64,000 bases of DNA from an uncultured archaeon (GTDB lineage Archaea; Altiarchaeota; Altiarchaeia; IMC4; SCGC-AAA252-I15), in contig CABMCB010000004.1 in NCBI GenBank assembly GCA_902384455.1, positions 1-64,000 on the forward strand, in the 5' to 3' direction. A model generated the notes under the pieces. It was not told the DNA's origin, searched no databases, and saw only the letters and a list, made by a program, of their open reading frames with translations. The position numbers and the translations under genes were made by a program. Shown here piece after piece: positions 49,962 through 59,093 of this stretch (position 1 is the first letter of the stretch; every line of letters begins with the position of its first letter).

Positions 49962-50766
49962 GGCTTGAAGAACTCCCGAACGAAGTAACTTTTGGACCTA
50001 CACGGAGCATTGCATCCGAGCACATGTTCCGAAAAATACACTCCCTGCAGACCTTCTCTTTTGGGTTGGCGTAGAAGATGCCTTTATTGATGTGGTCGTT
50101 AGTATCCTTAAGGATTTCCAAAGCCGCCGAACGTTGCATTTCAGACAACTGTACCGGAACCTTAGCTCCAGACCGAAGCATCAAAAAGAACGCCTCTCCG
50201 ACCTTCTTACCCATCTTTTTTTCAAGGGCCATGACGTAGAGAAGCAACTGCATTCCCTTGATGTATGTCATGTCCTTGGAGGTCTTGAAGTCCCCAACCC
50301 AAAGAACCTCACCCGTATCCTTCACCCAGTCCACAGACCCTTGAATCCACAGACCCTTCTCCAACTCAAACGGGTTAAAGTATGTGCCTACCGAATACTC
50401 ATTGTATACGTCTCCCAAGTCCATGCCCAGCTTCTTAACCGTAGAGATAGAAAGCTTAAGAAGCTCTCTCGTCTTATCTCGGATAGTCTCTTTTGTTTCC
50501 CCAGTCATGAAGAGGATGACACCACGGGAGCGCTGTTCGGAGAACACTCTATCGAACACAGAATCAAAGATGGAAAGAATGTATTCCTCGTTCAGGGGTT
50601 TGGAATGCAGGAATCCAGCCTTCAAGCAGTCGTGAACCACCGCGCCTTCCAAAAACCAGCGGTTGTTCTGGGGAATAGTCGACTTACGCTTTTCGATGTA
50701 CTTGTATCGAAAAAACTTGGGGCAGGACCTGTAAGCGCTTAGAGAAGTGTAGCTTAGAGCAATCAC
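49954..50766 (-). CDS. PD-(D/E)xK nuclease, Cas4/RecB-like
   Basis: N-terminal SYTSLSAYRSCPKFFRYKYI and C-terminal Cys cluster CRECIFRNMC. Confidence 0.6.
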   Translation of the reverse strand: MIALSYTSLSAYRSCPKFFRYKYIEKRKSTIPQNNRWFLEGAVVHDCLKAGFLHSKPLNEEYILSIFDSVFDRVFSEQRSRGVILFMTGETKETIRDKTRELLKLSISTVKKLGMDLGDVYNEYSVGTYFNPFELEKGLWIQGSVDWVKDTGEVLWVGDFKTSKDMTYIKGMQLLLYVMALEKKMGKKVGEAFFLMLRSGAKVPVQLSEMQRSAALEILKDTNDHINKGIFYANPKEKVCRECIFRNMCSDAMLRVGPKVTSFGSSSSHG

Positions 50767-51752
50767 ACGCTTTCCTCAGCCTTGTCGAGAAGGTTAAAAA
50801 TCATGGTTCTTACCGGCTCTCGAATGGTCTTTAATTCTCTGACCAAGTGCCGGATGCTTTCAGGTCCACTCAGCTCAACGTTACCTGATTCAAACTTGAT
50901 GAGTTCCCCGAGACGATTGATTTCAGCCTCTGCTTGCTTCGTCTCCCGAACCTTGTCAAGGTCGAAAATCTTGTTGGCGGGTAGAGCACTCTTCAGCTCT
51001 CTGTAGTATAAAGCCCTTTTCTCCGTATCTAAAAGGGTAATTGTAACTTTTCTGTTCAGGTTTGACTCGACCAAGGACCCCCTGGTAAGGCTTCCACGGT
51101 TAATAATCGTTGTTTTTCCTACCTTTACCTCGCCCAGGTCATCGTGGACATGTCCATTGAAATGGAAGTCAACAGGGCTTCCAACAAGCTGGGAGTACAA
51201 GGTATAGGGCTCGTAAACAGGTCGCTTGACGTACAGGTCCCCATGGCTCATGTGAATGTGAACGCCGTTAAACGGGCGTCCTTCGATAAGATTGTCATGA
51301 TGCTTTGTCATGTCCGGCATGTAGTTCTTGATGTCGGCTTCGTAGTTGTCTGTCTTCGGAGCCCCCGTAATCCACACTTTATTCCAGCTATTGAACATAC
51401 TTCCTGCTGAAAGAAGCGTTAGACACCCCGAGCTCACCAATGTTCCCAATGGTTGCCGGTCAACACTGCTCTCATTGCGGTCCGGCACGTCGTGGTCCCC
51501 GATGATTCCGTATACTGGGCAGGGCAAAGACTTGAAGTACCCAATGAGCTTGTTGACAAGAGAATATGGATTACGCATCCAGTTCTTGAGGTGGAAGAAG
51601 TCACCCGAACACAGGATGAGCTCAGCACCCTCAGCCTTGGCAATATCCCGAATCTCGTCAAGCTTACGGAAGCACGTCTCTTCGTAGTTGTCGATTCTGG
51701 CGATTGGGCCTACAGCAGAGAGGTGAGGGTCAGTGAAGTGCAGGATTTTCAT
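50763..51752 (-). CDS. Mre11/SbcD nuclease (T4 gp47-like)
   Basis: ILHFTDPHL, GDFFH, GDHD, GHVH phosphoesterase motifs. Confidence 0.75.
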   Translation of the reverse strand: MKILHFTDPHLSAVGPIARIDNYEETCFRKLDEIRDIAKAEGAELILCSGDFFHLKNWMRNPYSLVNKLIGYFKSLPCPVYGIIGDHDVPDRNESSVDRQPLGTLVSSGCLTLLSAGSMFNSWNKVWITGAPKTDNYEADIKNYMPDMTKHHDNLIEGRPFNGVHIHMSHGDLYVKRPVYEPYTLYSQLVGSPVDFHFNGHVHDDLGEVKVGKTTIINRGSLTRGSLVESNLNRKVTITLLDTEKRALYYRELKSALPANKIFDLDKVRETKQAEAEINRLGELIKFESGNVELSGPESIRHLVRELKTIREPVRTMIFNLLDKAEESV

Positions 51753-52213
51753 GAACTTCCCTTTAAGTAGTTTAAAGCCTTAAAAAGTAATTGATTACCC
51801 CGAGTATCTGATTTAAAAAAACCCAATCCGCTGTTGCACTGTCTACAAAGAAGCCCCCTAACCTTTCCTGTAGTGTGGTCATGGTCTATACTAAGAATAC
51901 CAGACTTACAGACCTCTCCGCATATAGCACAGACCCCTCTCTGAATACTCATCATGTTCTCAAAAGCTTCTTTAGTAAGACCATAAGATTCGACTAACTT
52001 ACTACGATGATATTTATACCTAACATCCTTATGTACAGTAGACTTAGGATTACTTAACCTTTTTACTCGGGAACACGTCATACAAAACTTACATACAGAT
52101 TTCCCAATCTCGTCTCCAGGAAATCTTTTCTCAAAATGAGTCAATGGTAGGAACCCAGATTTTGATTTTCTGGGGTTAACACATTTGGGATTACTACAAG
52201 TTTTAGCAATCAT
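51749..52213 (-). CDS. HNH homing endonuclease
   Basis: IDHDHTTGKVRGLLCRQCNSGLG HNH motif; AT-rich relative to its neighbours. Confidence 0.7.
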   Translation of the reverse strand: MIAKTCSNPKCVNPRKSKSGFLPLTHFEKRFPGDEIGKSVCKFCMTCSRVKRLSNPKSTVHKDVRYKYHRSKLVESYGLTKEAFENMMSIQRGVCAICGEVCKSGILSIDHDHTTGKVRGLLCRQCNSGLGFFKSDTRGNQLLFKALNYLKGSS

Positions 52214-52388
52214 CTAAACTCCTAACAACTTTAAACTTATTCTTTTTAGGGCGTCCTCCCAAAAGCCCATTATCTCTTGAGGCTCTGGACTTTCTTTCGG
52301 TTTTGGTAAGGGCTGCTTTCTGCATCCTCTTCCGAACTGTAGGGTCAACAGGACCCTCGTAGGTGTATTTGATGGATTTCCTGGACAT
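52203..52388 (-). CDS. small basic protein
   Basis: ATG overlaps the Rad50-N stop (TAATG); 61 aa. Confidence 0.35.
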   Translation of the reverse strand: MSRKSIKYTYEGPVDPTVRKRMQKAALTKTERKSRASRDNGLLGGRPKKNKFKVVRSLDDC

Positions 52389-53455
52389 TAGAGGGGCCTC
52401 TGGCAGGTAGGGCAAATCTTAACCTGCTCCTCAAGGGATTTAATCTGTCCTTGGTAATCGAACAGACGGGATTCCAGCTCGGCTTGCCTACTATCAATGT
52501 CAACAAACCCAGCAAAGAGAACCTTGCTCTTACTCAAAAGAGTACTTTCGGTCTTCAAAAGCTCAAAAGACTCTACAAGAGAACCCAAGGAGGTTTCCAA
52601 GACTGCGATATCCTTGGGCAGTTCGTCAGACAGTGAATAGGGGTGAACCCCCTGCATTCTATCCAACAAAACTTCCAAGGAGCTTTTCTTTGTCTGGAGG
52701 CCCTGACCATCTTTCCAAAGAGATAAAACTTCCTGAAGCTTAAACTCAAAAGGAGCCAGGTCAGCTTCCCGAGCCTGGAGGCTTTCCATCCCGTCGAGCA
52801 ATGTCTTGTAGTAAATGACCCTCTTCTTTTCATCCTCGATGGAGGACTGAAGAGCTTTGATTTCCCTGACAGTCTCTAAAAGAGCATCTACTTCCTTGGA
52901 AAGAGTTTCGTACTTCAAAAGGTCAGAGACGTTACCCTGAAGTACTTCAGCCTTGGTCTTAGACTTCTGGTACTCCGAGTTCCCTTCACGAATAGCTGCA
53001 TAGACAATGTTAATCCCAGAAAGGCTACTGACAGCCTTCGTGATTACAGTGGTTGAATCCGACAGGAGGAAGGGAGTGTCGAATTGTCTGCAGAAGTTGA
53101 GGTCTAAAGACTGGTCTTTGTCAAGAACCAGCTCAGGAGTTCTGAGGTTTCGAGAAACCTCATCAGGGACATCACGTCCAACCTTGCAATAGGTGCTACT
53201 TCCGGAGAAGTAATTGTTTACACCCTTGCCTTTAGTGATGGCCACCCGTAGTCCGCTATCCAGGTACTGCGTAACCTCAAGCTTGGACTTACCGTGCTTG
53301 ACAAGCTCTAAGCCCCCCTGGTTTCGATGAAGCAGGTACAGGGCTCGGATGACTGCACTCTTCCCAACGTCAGATTGGCCCACCAACACAGTCAGTGGGC
53401 CAATCTCGACTTCAGCATCGCTAATGGACTGGAAGTTCTTAAGTGTGAGCTTCAA
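52388..53455 (-). CDS. Rad50/SbcC-like ATPase, N-terminal lobe plus coiled coil ending in a CxxC zinc hook
   Basis: Walker A VLVGQSDVGKSAV; long coiled coil; terminal KICPTCQRPL. Confidence 0.65.
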   Translation of the reverse strand: MKLTLKNFQSISDAEVEIGPLTVLVGQSDVGKSAVIRALYLLHRNQGGLELVKHGKSKLEVTQYLDSGLRVAITKGKGVNNYFSGSSTYCKVGRDVPDEVSRNLRTPELVLDKDQSLDLNFCRQFDTPFLLSDSTTVITKAVSSLSGINIVYAAIREGNSEYQKSKTKAEVLQGNVSDLLKYETLSKEVDALLETVREIKALQSSIEDEKKRVIYYKTLLDGMESLQAREADLAPFEFKLQEVLSLWKDGQGLQTKKSSLEVLLDRMQGVHPYSLSDELPKDIAVLETSLGSLVESFELLKTESTLLSKSKVLFAGFVDIDSRQAELESRLFDYQGQIKSLEEQVKICPTCQRPL

Positions 53456-53457
53456 GA

Positions 53458-54648
53458 TTACCCCGTGATTTCGTCCTTGGAAAAGCTCCCTGTCTTAGGA
53501 GCGACCTCCACGACGTCTTCTTCAGAAGCCCCAATCTCAGAGGCCGTCACGTCACGGCTCTCAACAGTTAGGTCGAATTCCGAAGGGTCATACTTCACAG
53601 CCTTCCCGTTCAGCTTCGACAAGAGAACCTGAAGGAGCTTGGGATTGACAGCAAACAGGTTCCAGAAGTTGTTGTAGGAAGACGCCTTGATGGTAGGGTC
53701 GTCCTTCAGGCGGTGCTCACCCTTGGACTCCCGGACAACAACTCCGGAATCAATCCCGCGCTTGATAGCGCTGGTAATGACATCGAAGCCCTTACCATTC
53801 CGAAGGGTCATCGTAGCTTCACCAAAAGGTTCCCCAACACGGTTCTTGATGAACTTCAGGCGCACATTGCGCCCAATCTTCACGTTGACCTTCTTCTTGG
53901 GGTCCTTGTCAGAAGCTACCTGCTTGGTGACGTAGTCCAAGGGCTTCAAGTAAATACGCATGTCGCAGTGGTGCTTGAATGCGTTCCCACCCGGAGTTTC
54001 CTCGGGGTCGCCAAGATTAACGTAAGGGCCAGACTGAGGCTTCGACATGATGTGGTTGATGAAGATGATGGAAGCCCCCGTAGCCCGAAGGTCCGGACCC
54101 TTCACACGAAGGGCCTTGGTAAGAAGCTTGGCCTTGAGCATCATGTCGTTGCCTTCAAGACCCTTCTCGTCCACACTTTCAAGCTCAGCCTTCGTGGTCA
54201 TAACGGCCACGGAGTCCAGGATACACCCACAGAACGCACCCGTAGCCAGGAGCTTCTCCATGAATTCGAAGTTCATCTCGACGGTGTGCTCCTCCAGCTC
54301 AGGGATGTAGATTTGCTCTACAGGAACCCCGAGGGCAATCAGGTAAGTCTTGGAGGTGGATTCCTCATTGTCCATGAGGAGGATTTTCTTTCCCGTGATT
54401 CGAGCAATCTGGGCCAGGATTTGCCACGCCAGGGTGGTCTTACCGCTCGAAGGAGGGCCTGAAATCTCAATGAGCTTACCCATCGGGAAACCCCCGCAGT
54501 TCGAGGCCTGGTTGAATTCATAGAAGTCCGTAGGGTAAATCACGCACTCCGGCATCTGGTCGAATGTACGTACAGCGTTCTTCCCGTGCAGAGCGGTAAG
54601 CTCGTTGATAGCTTCTCTCAGCGCGGCGTTCGTTTCAGTCTTCTTCAT
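53458..54648 (-). CDS. RecA/UvsX-like recombinase
   Basis: GGFPMGKLIEISGPPSSGKTTLA RecA-type P-loop; 396 aa. Confidence 0.75.
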   Translation of the reverse strand: MKKTETNAALREAINELTALHGKNAVRTFDQMPECVIYPTDFYEFNQASNCGGFPMGKLIEISGPPSSGKTTLAWQILAQIARITGKKILLMDNEESTSKTYLIALGVPVEQIYIPELEEHTVEMNFEFMEKLLATGAFCGCILDSVAVMTTKAELESVDEKGLEGNDMMLKAKLLTKALRVKGPDLRATGASIIFINHIMSKPQSGPYVNLGDPEETPGGNAFKHHCDMRIYLKPLDYVTKQVASDKDPKKKVNVKIGRNVRLKFIKNRVGEPFGEATMTLRNGKGFDVITSAIKRGIDSGVVVRESKGEHRLKDDPTIKASSYNNFWNLFAVNPKLLQVLLSKLNGKAVKYDPSEFDLTVESRDVTASEIGASEEDVVEVAPKTGSFSKDEITG

Positions 54649-54649
54649 G

Positions 54650-54928
54650 TTAACTCTTCTTTCCGAGGTCTATTCCACCATCAGCGTCTGGTTTTTTATC
54701 TCCGTTAGTCCCTGTCGGCTGCCCCCCGTCATCGTCGTCCATACCCTCATGGACAGAACCATCGGGGCACAAGGCAACTAAGTCGTGTCCCTCAAACGAA
54801 GGAAAAGCCGCTTTCAGCATCCCCTCAAACCCCACTACCGCATCCATGAAGTCGACCCTTTCTTGTTCCGGGTCATCCTCAATATGATACGAATACGATT
54901 CTCCATCAACAGTCAGGGTGATGTCCAT
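54650..54928 (-). CDS. acidic hypothetical protein
   Basis: 92 aa; Asp/Glu/Gly-rich tail. Confidence 0.4.
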   Translation of the reverse strand: MDITLTVDGESYSYHIEDDPEQERVDFMDAVVGFEGMLKAAFPSFEGHDLVALCPDGSVHEGMDDDDGGQPTGTNGDKKPDADGGIDLGKKS

Positions 54929-55626
54929 TAAGCTCTCTTCTTGATGTAGAAATCGTCCAGCCGATTACAGATTCCAAACAACTTGGGGGCGGCGCTCTTA
55001 TTCTTCTTTTTAACGACCTCTTCGCTCCACAGAATACGCTGCTGGTTAGGAGTAAGCTCCCCCTTTACTGAATCAATTCCGTGTGTGAGGACTCTCCAGG
55101 CGTTCAACCCGACTTCCGCAATCCCAATAGCGTCCACTTCATCCCACATGCGCTTGCGGTCTTCTGCGTTCTTCCCCTCGTACTTCTTAGCCATAGACTC
55201 TACAAGAGAATACTTTGGAAGAATGATAGCAGCCATGTCTTCCTTCTCGGCACTACCGTCGTCAGTCCAGTAGGACTTGAGCTTCTTCGGACTTACAACT
55301 ACAAGGTCAGCATTCTTGGTGGCGTGAAGTGTGTAGACTGCAAAGATGCCGCCCCTTGCGGTTGCCTGACCCACCGCCCCGATTGCCACACCTTCAATAG
55401 CAATCGTGGGTGTTTCCCCTAACTTCTTCACCTTTGAAACCAGAGTCTTGATAAAACTCATGTGTTCCAGGAAGGTGAGAGCATCAGAAGCACTGCCCAT
55501 CTTAAGGGTCGAGTTAAACACGCCGGAATCGACAAACTCCGTCTTCTTGGTTTCAGCATCCCACGACAGGATGGCATACCCACTGTGACGGAAAGCTTGG
55601 TCGACTCCGACGTGAAAGGTTTTCAC
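54928..55626 (-). CDS. RuvC-like Holliday junction resolvase
   Basis: VGVDQAFRHSGYAIL...IAIEGV RNase-H-fold signature. Confidence 0.55.
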   Translation of the reverse strand: MKTFHVGVDQAFRHSGYAILSWDAETKKTEFVDSGVFNSTLKMGSASDALTFLEHMSFIKTLVSKVKKLGETPTIAIEGVAIGAVGQATARGGIFAVYTLHATKNADLVVVSPKKLKSYWTDDGSAEKEDMAAIILPKYSLVESMAKKYEGKNAEDRKRMWDEVDAIGIAEVGLNAWRVLTHGIDSVKGELTPNQQRILWSEEVVKKKNKSAAPKLFGICNRLDDFYIKKRA

Positions 55627-56103
55627 TTATTCGGCCTTCTTTTCCTCGGCTTCAGGAGCCTTCTCGGCCTCTTTCTTGAGAACCGTATCAGCAGCCTTCA
55701 CAAGGTCTTCCTCGGCCTTCTTCTTAAACTCCTCGAACTTCACCAGGAAGTCGTCAGAAAGAATACCCTGGGTTCCAAGGAAGTTCAGGAACGTACCGAA
55801 GTTCCAATGTACTTCCGTAAACCGGAGGTCAACTTCAGTGCCGAACCTCTTGAAGGTGTCTTCCATCTTGGAGTTCAAGGAAGCATTTGCCTTGTTCACC
55901 TCGATGCCAAAGGCCAGGAGGTCTGCCAAAGTGGCATTCCGAAGGTTCTTCTGGCTGTCCGGGTGAATCTCGTTCCCCCGGCCATCCTTCCCAGACTTCG
56001 CCATAGCCCTGCGCTCTTCGCGGTTGGGCATGTCCAGGATAGGAACTTCGATTTTTCCAGGCTCTGGAGCCTGGGGTGCTGTCTCGGGCATGTGCCCCTC
56101 CAA
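55627..56103 (-). CDS. hypothetical protein
   Basis: 158 aa. Confidence 0.45.
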   Translation of the reverse strand: MEGHMPETAPQAPEPGKIEVPILDMPNREERRAMAKSGKDGRGNEIHPDSQKNLRNATLADLLAFGIEVNKANASLNSKMEDTFKRFGTEVDLRFTEVHWNFGTFLNFLGTQGILSDDFLVKFEEFKKKAEEDLVKAADTVLKKEAEKAPEAEEKKAE

Positions 56104-56853
56104 TTACTTCTGGTCCTCGCTTTTTGCCAACAGGTCCTGAACAGCGTAGTCCTCTTTCAAGAACGCTCCGCCTGTATCTCCACAGGCATACGCTACATCT
56201 ACACCTTTGTCAACCACACGGCTCACGAAATTGTTGACGGCGCGAGTAGCATAGACGGAGTTGCATCCAGAGTACCCACTGTATCCGGAAATCCCGGATA
56301 CCCCAGAATACCCAGAGAACCCTGCGAGAGACAAGCTGTTGTTTGCCATGAATCCATATCGACTTCCAGACGCGATAGCGTCTTGGTTGGCTCCCAAGAA
56401 GAGGAACGCCCACTTGTAGACGTCAGTCTGGTGCTTAATCATGTCAAACACCTGCTGATTAGTATACTTGCGGCTTGAATTCTCTTCTCCATCAGTCATG
56501 ACGGCAAAGATGACGTTCGCAGGACGTTCATCTTCCGGCATGTCTCCGAGGCGCTTGCCCGTCTCAAGAATAGCCTGAGCCATTGCGTCGATGAGGGCAG
56601 TACCACCACGGGGCTTGTAGGACGATTTATCCAGAAGGGCAACAGTGTTGATGTCCTGACCTTCGCAGTTTTTCAGGTACCAGTCCTCACAGTCAGCATC
56701 GAACTGAACCAGAGTAAAGCACACCTTCTTACCTTCTTTACCCTGCTGTTCCTTGATGAACTCGTTGATTCCCCCGATGGTATCGTTGGCTGTATGGCCC
56801 ATTGAACCAGACCTGTCCAACACCAAAGTCACATCTGTGTAATTAGGATTCAT
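56104..56853 (-). CDS. von Willebrand factor A domain protein
   Basis: MIDAS motif LVLDRSGSM; 249 aa. Confidence 0.65.
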   Translation of the reverse strand: MNPNYTDVTLVLDRSGSMGHTANDTIGGINEFIKEQQGKEGKKVCFTLVQFDADCEDWYLKNCEGQDINTVALLDKSSYKPRGGTALIDAMAQAILETGKRLGDMPEDERPANVIFAVMTDGEENSSRKYTNQQVFDMIKHQTDVYKWAFLFLGANQDAIASGSRYGFMANNSLSLAGFSGYSGVSGISGYSGYSGCNSVYATRAVNNFVSRVVDKGVDVAYACGDTGGAFLKEDYAVQDLLAKSEDQK

Positions 56854-56950
56854 TCGTTCAACTCCTTAAAAGTTCTCCCGATTTTCCCACCGCTCGGGAG
56901 CACACGGCTGATAACACCCCAGGCTAAGTAACCCCAGGGCTCGGGCTGTC

Positions 56951-57742
56951 TTAGAGGTCCGCCGACAGGTCGTCCATCATCTTGCGCTGGGTGTCATCCT
57001 TAGGAGCCGCAGCGGCAGTAGCTACTGCAGGAGCTGCCGTAGGAGCACCGCTACCGAAAGACGTCTGGCCTGTAGCTGGAGCAGGTTGTGCAGCAGCACC
57101 CGCAGCAGCTTGCTGAGGGTTCTTGGTGGAGCGGCGAACAATCTCACCGTCAACCACCTTCTGCATGATTTCCACAGTGACCACGGGAGCCACGACCTTC
57201 AGGATGTCCATGTCAGACATCTTCTTGACGTAGTCCGCCTTGACCTCTGCGAAATCGTTGGGACGAGCCTGCTTCATTTCAGCAAGGAAGCAGCTTTCCA
57301 GCGGAAGGAACGTCATCTGCTGGAACTTGGGGTTGGAGCAAGAGACGATGAAGTCTCGAACATACATCTTCTCCCCGAGCTGCTTGAAGATGCCGTTGAG
57401 GACGCAGAACGTCCCGTTACCCTTGCCATTGCCGAACACGAAGGCCTTCACGGTGTAACCGAAAGGCTTCGAGACGTTTCCGTCCAAGTCGGTGTAATAC
57501 TCCAGCACCTTAGTGCCGTAGCGGTCGCTGCTCGACATGCCAGCCGCGCAAGCGGGGCAGTGGTCGGGCTGAAGGCACCGCATGTAGCCATACCCGTCCT
57601 TGTAGTGGACGCGGTCCCGAAGAAGGGTCTTGTCAATGAAGACAATGCGCTTCTTCTTGTTTTGTTCGTCTTCCCCGAACTTGAACCGCTCGAACCGTGG
57701 TCCGAGTGAACTGTCATCCCCGAAATTCGTTTCCGTTGCCAT
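56951..57742 (-). CDS. single-stranded DNA-binding protein-like (gp32-like?)
   Basis: Cys/His cluster RCLQPDHCPACAAG, Ala/Gly/Pro-rich linker and acidic tail MMDDLSADL. Confidence 0.45.
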   Translation of the reverse strand: MATETNFGDDSSLGPRFERFKFGEDEQNKKKRIVFIDKTLLRDRVHYKDGYGYMRCLQPDHCPACAAGMSSSDRYGTKVLEYYTDLDGNVSKPFGYTVKAFVFGNGKGNGTFCVLNGIFKQLGEKMYVRDFIVSCSNPKFQQMTFLPLESCFLAEMKQARPNDFAEVKADYVKKMSDMDILKVVAPVVTVEIMQKVVDGEIVRRSTKNPQQAAAGAAAQPAPATGQTSFGSGAPTAAPAVATAAAAPKDDTQRKMMDDLSADL

Positions 57743-57790
57743 TGAACTACTCCCTTGAGTCTAAAAGTTTAAGTGCCCTGTTACAGGCTC

Positions 57791-58429
57791 TTAGAGTTCG
57801 CTACCGAAAGAGGTCTGCCCACGTTCCTGGTTCTTAATGGAAGCCTTATCAACGGCATCCATAGCATTCTCCGTGATGAGCCCCTTAGCCGTGAATCCAT
57901 CCACCTGAATCTTGATTTCACCGTTCAGGATTTGGCTGCGGATGACGTTGACCTGGGAGGCGATAGCCATTGCCCCACGGCTGAGGTCATCGTACACCAA
58001 CTGGACAGCCTGCTTGAAAGACGTTACTGTCTCAAGAGTCTGCTCCCATTCTTCCTTCTCACGGATGCAGGGGAGTTTCTCTCGGAGGCGGAGTAGCTTC
58101 TCTTCGAAAGACTTGGCCTTCTCAATGATGTCTGCGTGGGTAGTGAAGGCCTTTCCAAGTTCGTCCTTGTACTTGATTTCAGCCAAGGCCAAAAGGCGCT
58201 TGACCTCAAGTTCCATTGCGATAGCCTGGACGAGGCAAGTCTTCACCCATTCCTGGTAGTTGCGGGCACCCGCAATAGCAGTATGGAGTTGGTTGAGGTT
58301 GTCAGTTGGGTTAGGAACCGTGAAGGATTTGAGTTCCTTCAGGGACTTGAGCATCGAGACGATTTCAGGCTGGCGCTTCTCCGCCCACTCTACCGGCGTC
58401 GGCAACTTCACTTCCATGTCGTTTCCCAT
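57791..58429 (-). CDS. coiled-coil hypothetical protein
   Basis: Start chosen at MGNDMEV; ORF frame 57791..58450. Confidence 0.45.
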   Translation of the reverse strand: MGNDMEVKLPTPVEWAEKRQPEIVSMLKSLKELKSFTVPNPTDNLNQLHTAIAGARNYQEWVKTCLVQAIAMELEVKRLLALAEIKYKDELGKAFTTHADIIEKAKSFEEKLLRLREKLPCIREKEEWEQTLETVTSFKQAVQLVYDDLSRGAMAIASQVNVIRSQILNGEIKIQVDGFTAKGLITENAMDAVDKASIKNQERGQTSFGSEL

Positions 58430-58697
58430 GCTTTTCCCGCTCCCGTACATACTGTTCCATGCTCTGAACGTCGCTCAGAGCTTCTTCCGCTGTTTTCTTC
58501 CCATCCAAGGCTTCCCAGTGGGAAATCATCCGGGTAATCCGAAGCTGTAATTCCGCAGTCCTCTGTCCAACCAGCTCTTCAGGTACATCTTTTTCCGTAA
58601 GCGAATAGCTGTATTCCGTAGGTTGGTAAAACCCCTGGTCATCCCTACGGCAAATTTTATCGCTTTTGGAGACGGTTAAGTCAAAGGTCCGAGTCAT
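58365..58697 (-). CDS. hypothetical protein
   Basis: 110 aa; its 3' end overlaps the downstream gene. Confidence 0.4.
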   Translation of the reverse strand: MTRTFDLTVSKSDKICRRDDQGFYQPTEYSYSLTEKDVPEELVGQRTAELQLRITRMISHWEALDGKKTAEEALSDVQSMEQYVREREKHGKRHGSEVADAGRVGGEAPA

Positions 58698-59064
58698 TTT
58701 TAATTACTCCGACCGGAATCTGCTGTGCCTTAAGGAGTTCAATCTGCTCTTTAGTAAGAGCCGGGATTTTAATCGAAGAGGGGCCGTATTTCATTACTTC
58801 AAGAAGAGAGTACCCGGCAATGTCACCCCAAGGATTCTCGCCCAAAAGGTCGACCTTGTTCGTGGAGATTCGATTGAGTTTGTCGATGACGCGAACAACG
58901 GTGAGGGCAGACCCCATCATGTCTGGGCTGATTCCGTTGGGGTAGAGAACAGCCATGATAGCAGGAGCCTTGGAGAATGAGTCCCCGTAGGCCTTCTGCT
59001 TCTCCTCTACCAGCTTGCCGATAGACTCCCCTAGTTTTGCGTATCCCGAGTAATCAAATTCCAT
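58681..59064 (-). CDS. hypothetical protein
   Basis: 127 aa. Confidence 0.45.
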   Translation of the reverse strand: MEFDYSGYAKLGESIGKLVEEKQKAYGDSFSKAPAIMAVLYPNGISPDMMGSALTVVRVIDKLNRISTNKVDLLGENPWGDIAGYSLLEVMKYGPSSIKIPALTKEQIELLKAQQIPVGVIKNDSDL

Positions 59065-59093
59065 GTTGTCCTCTCCCCCCTGCTTATAAACAC

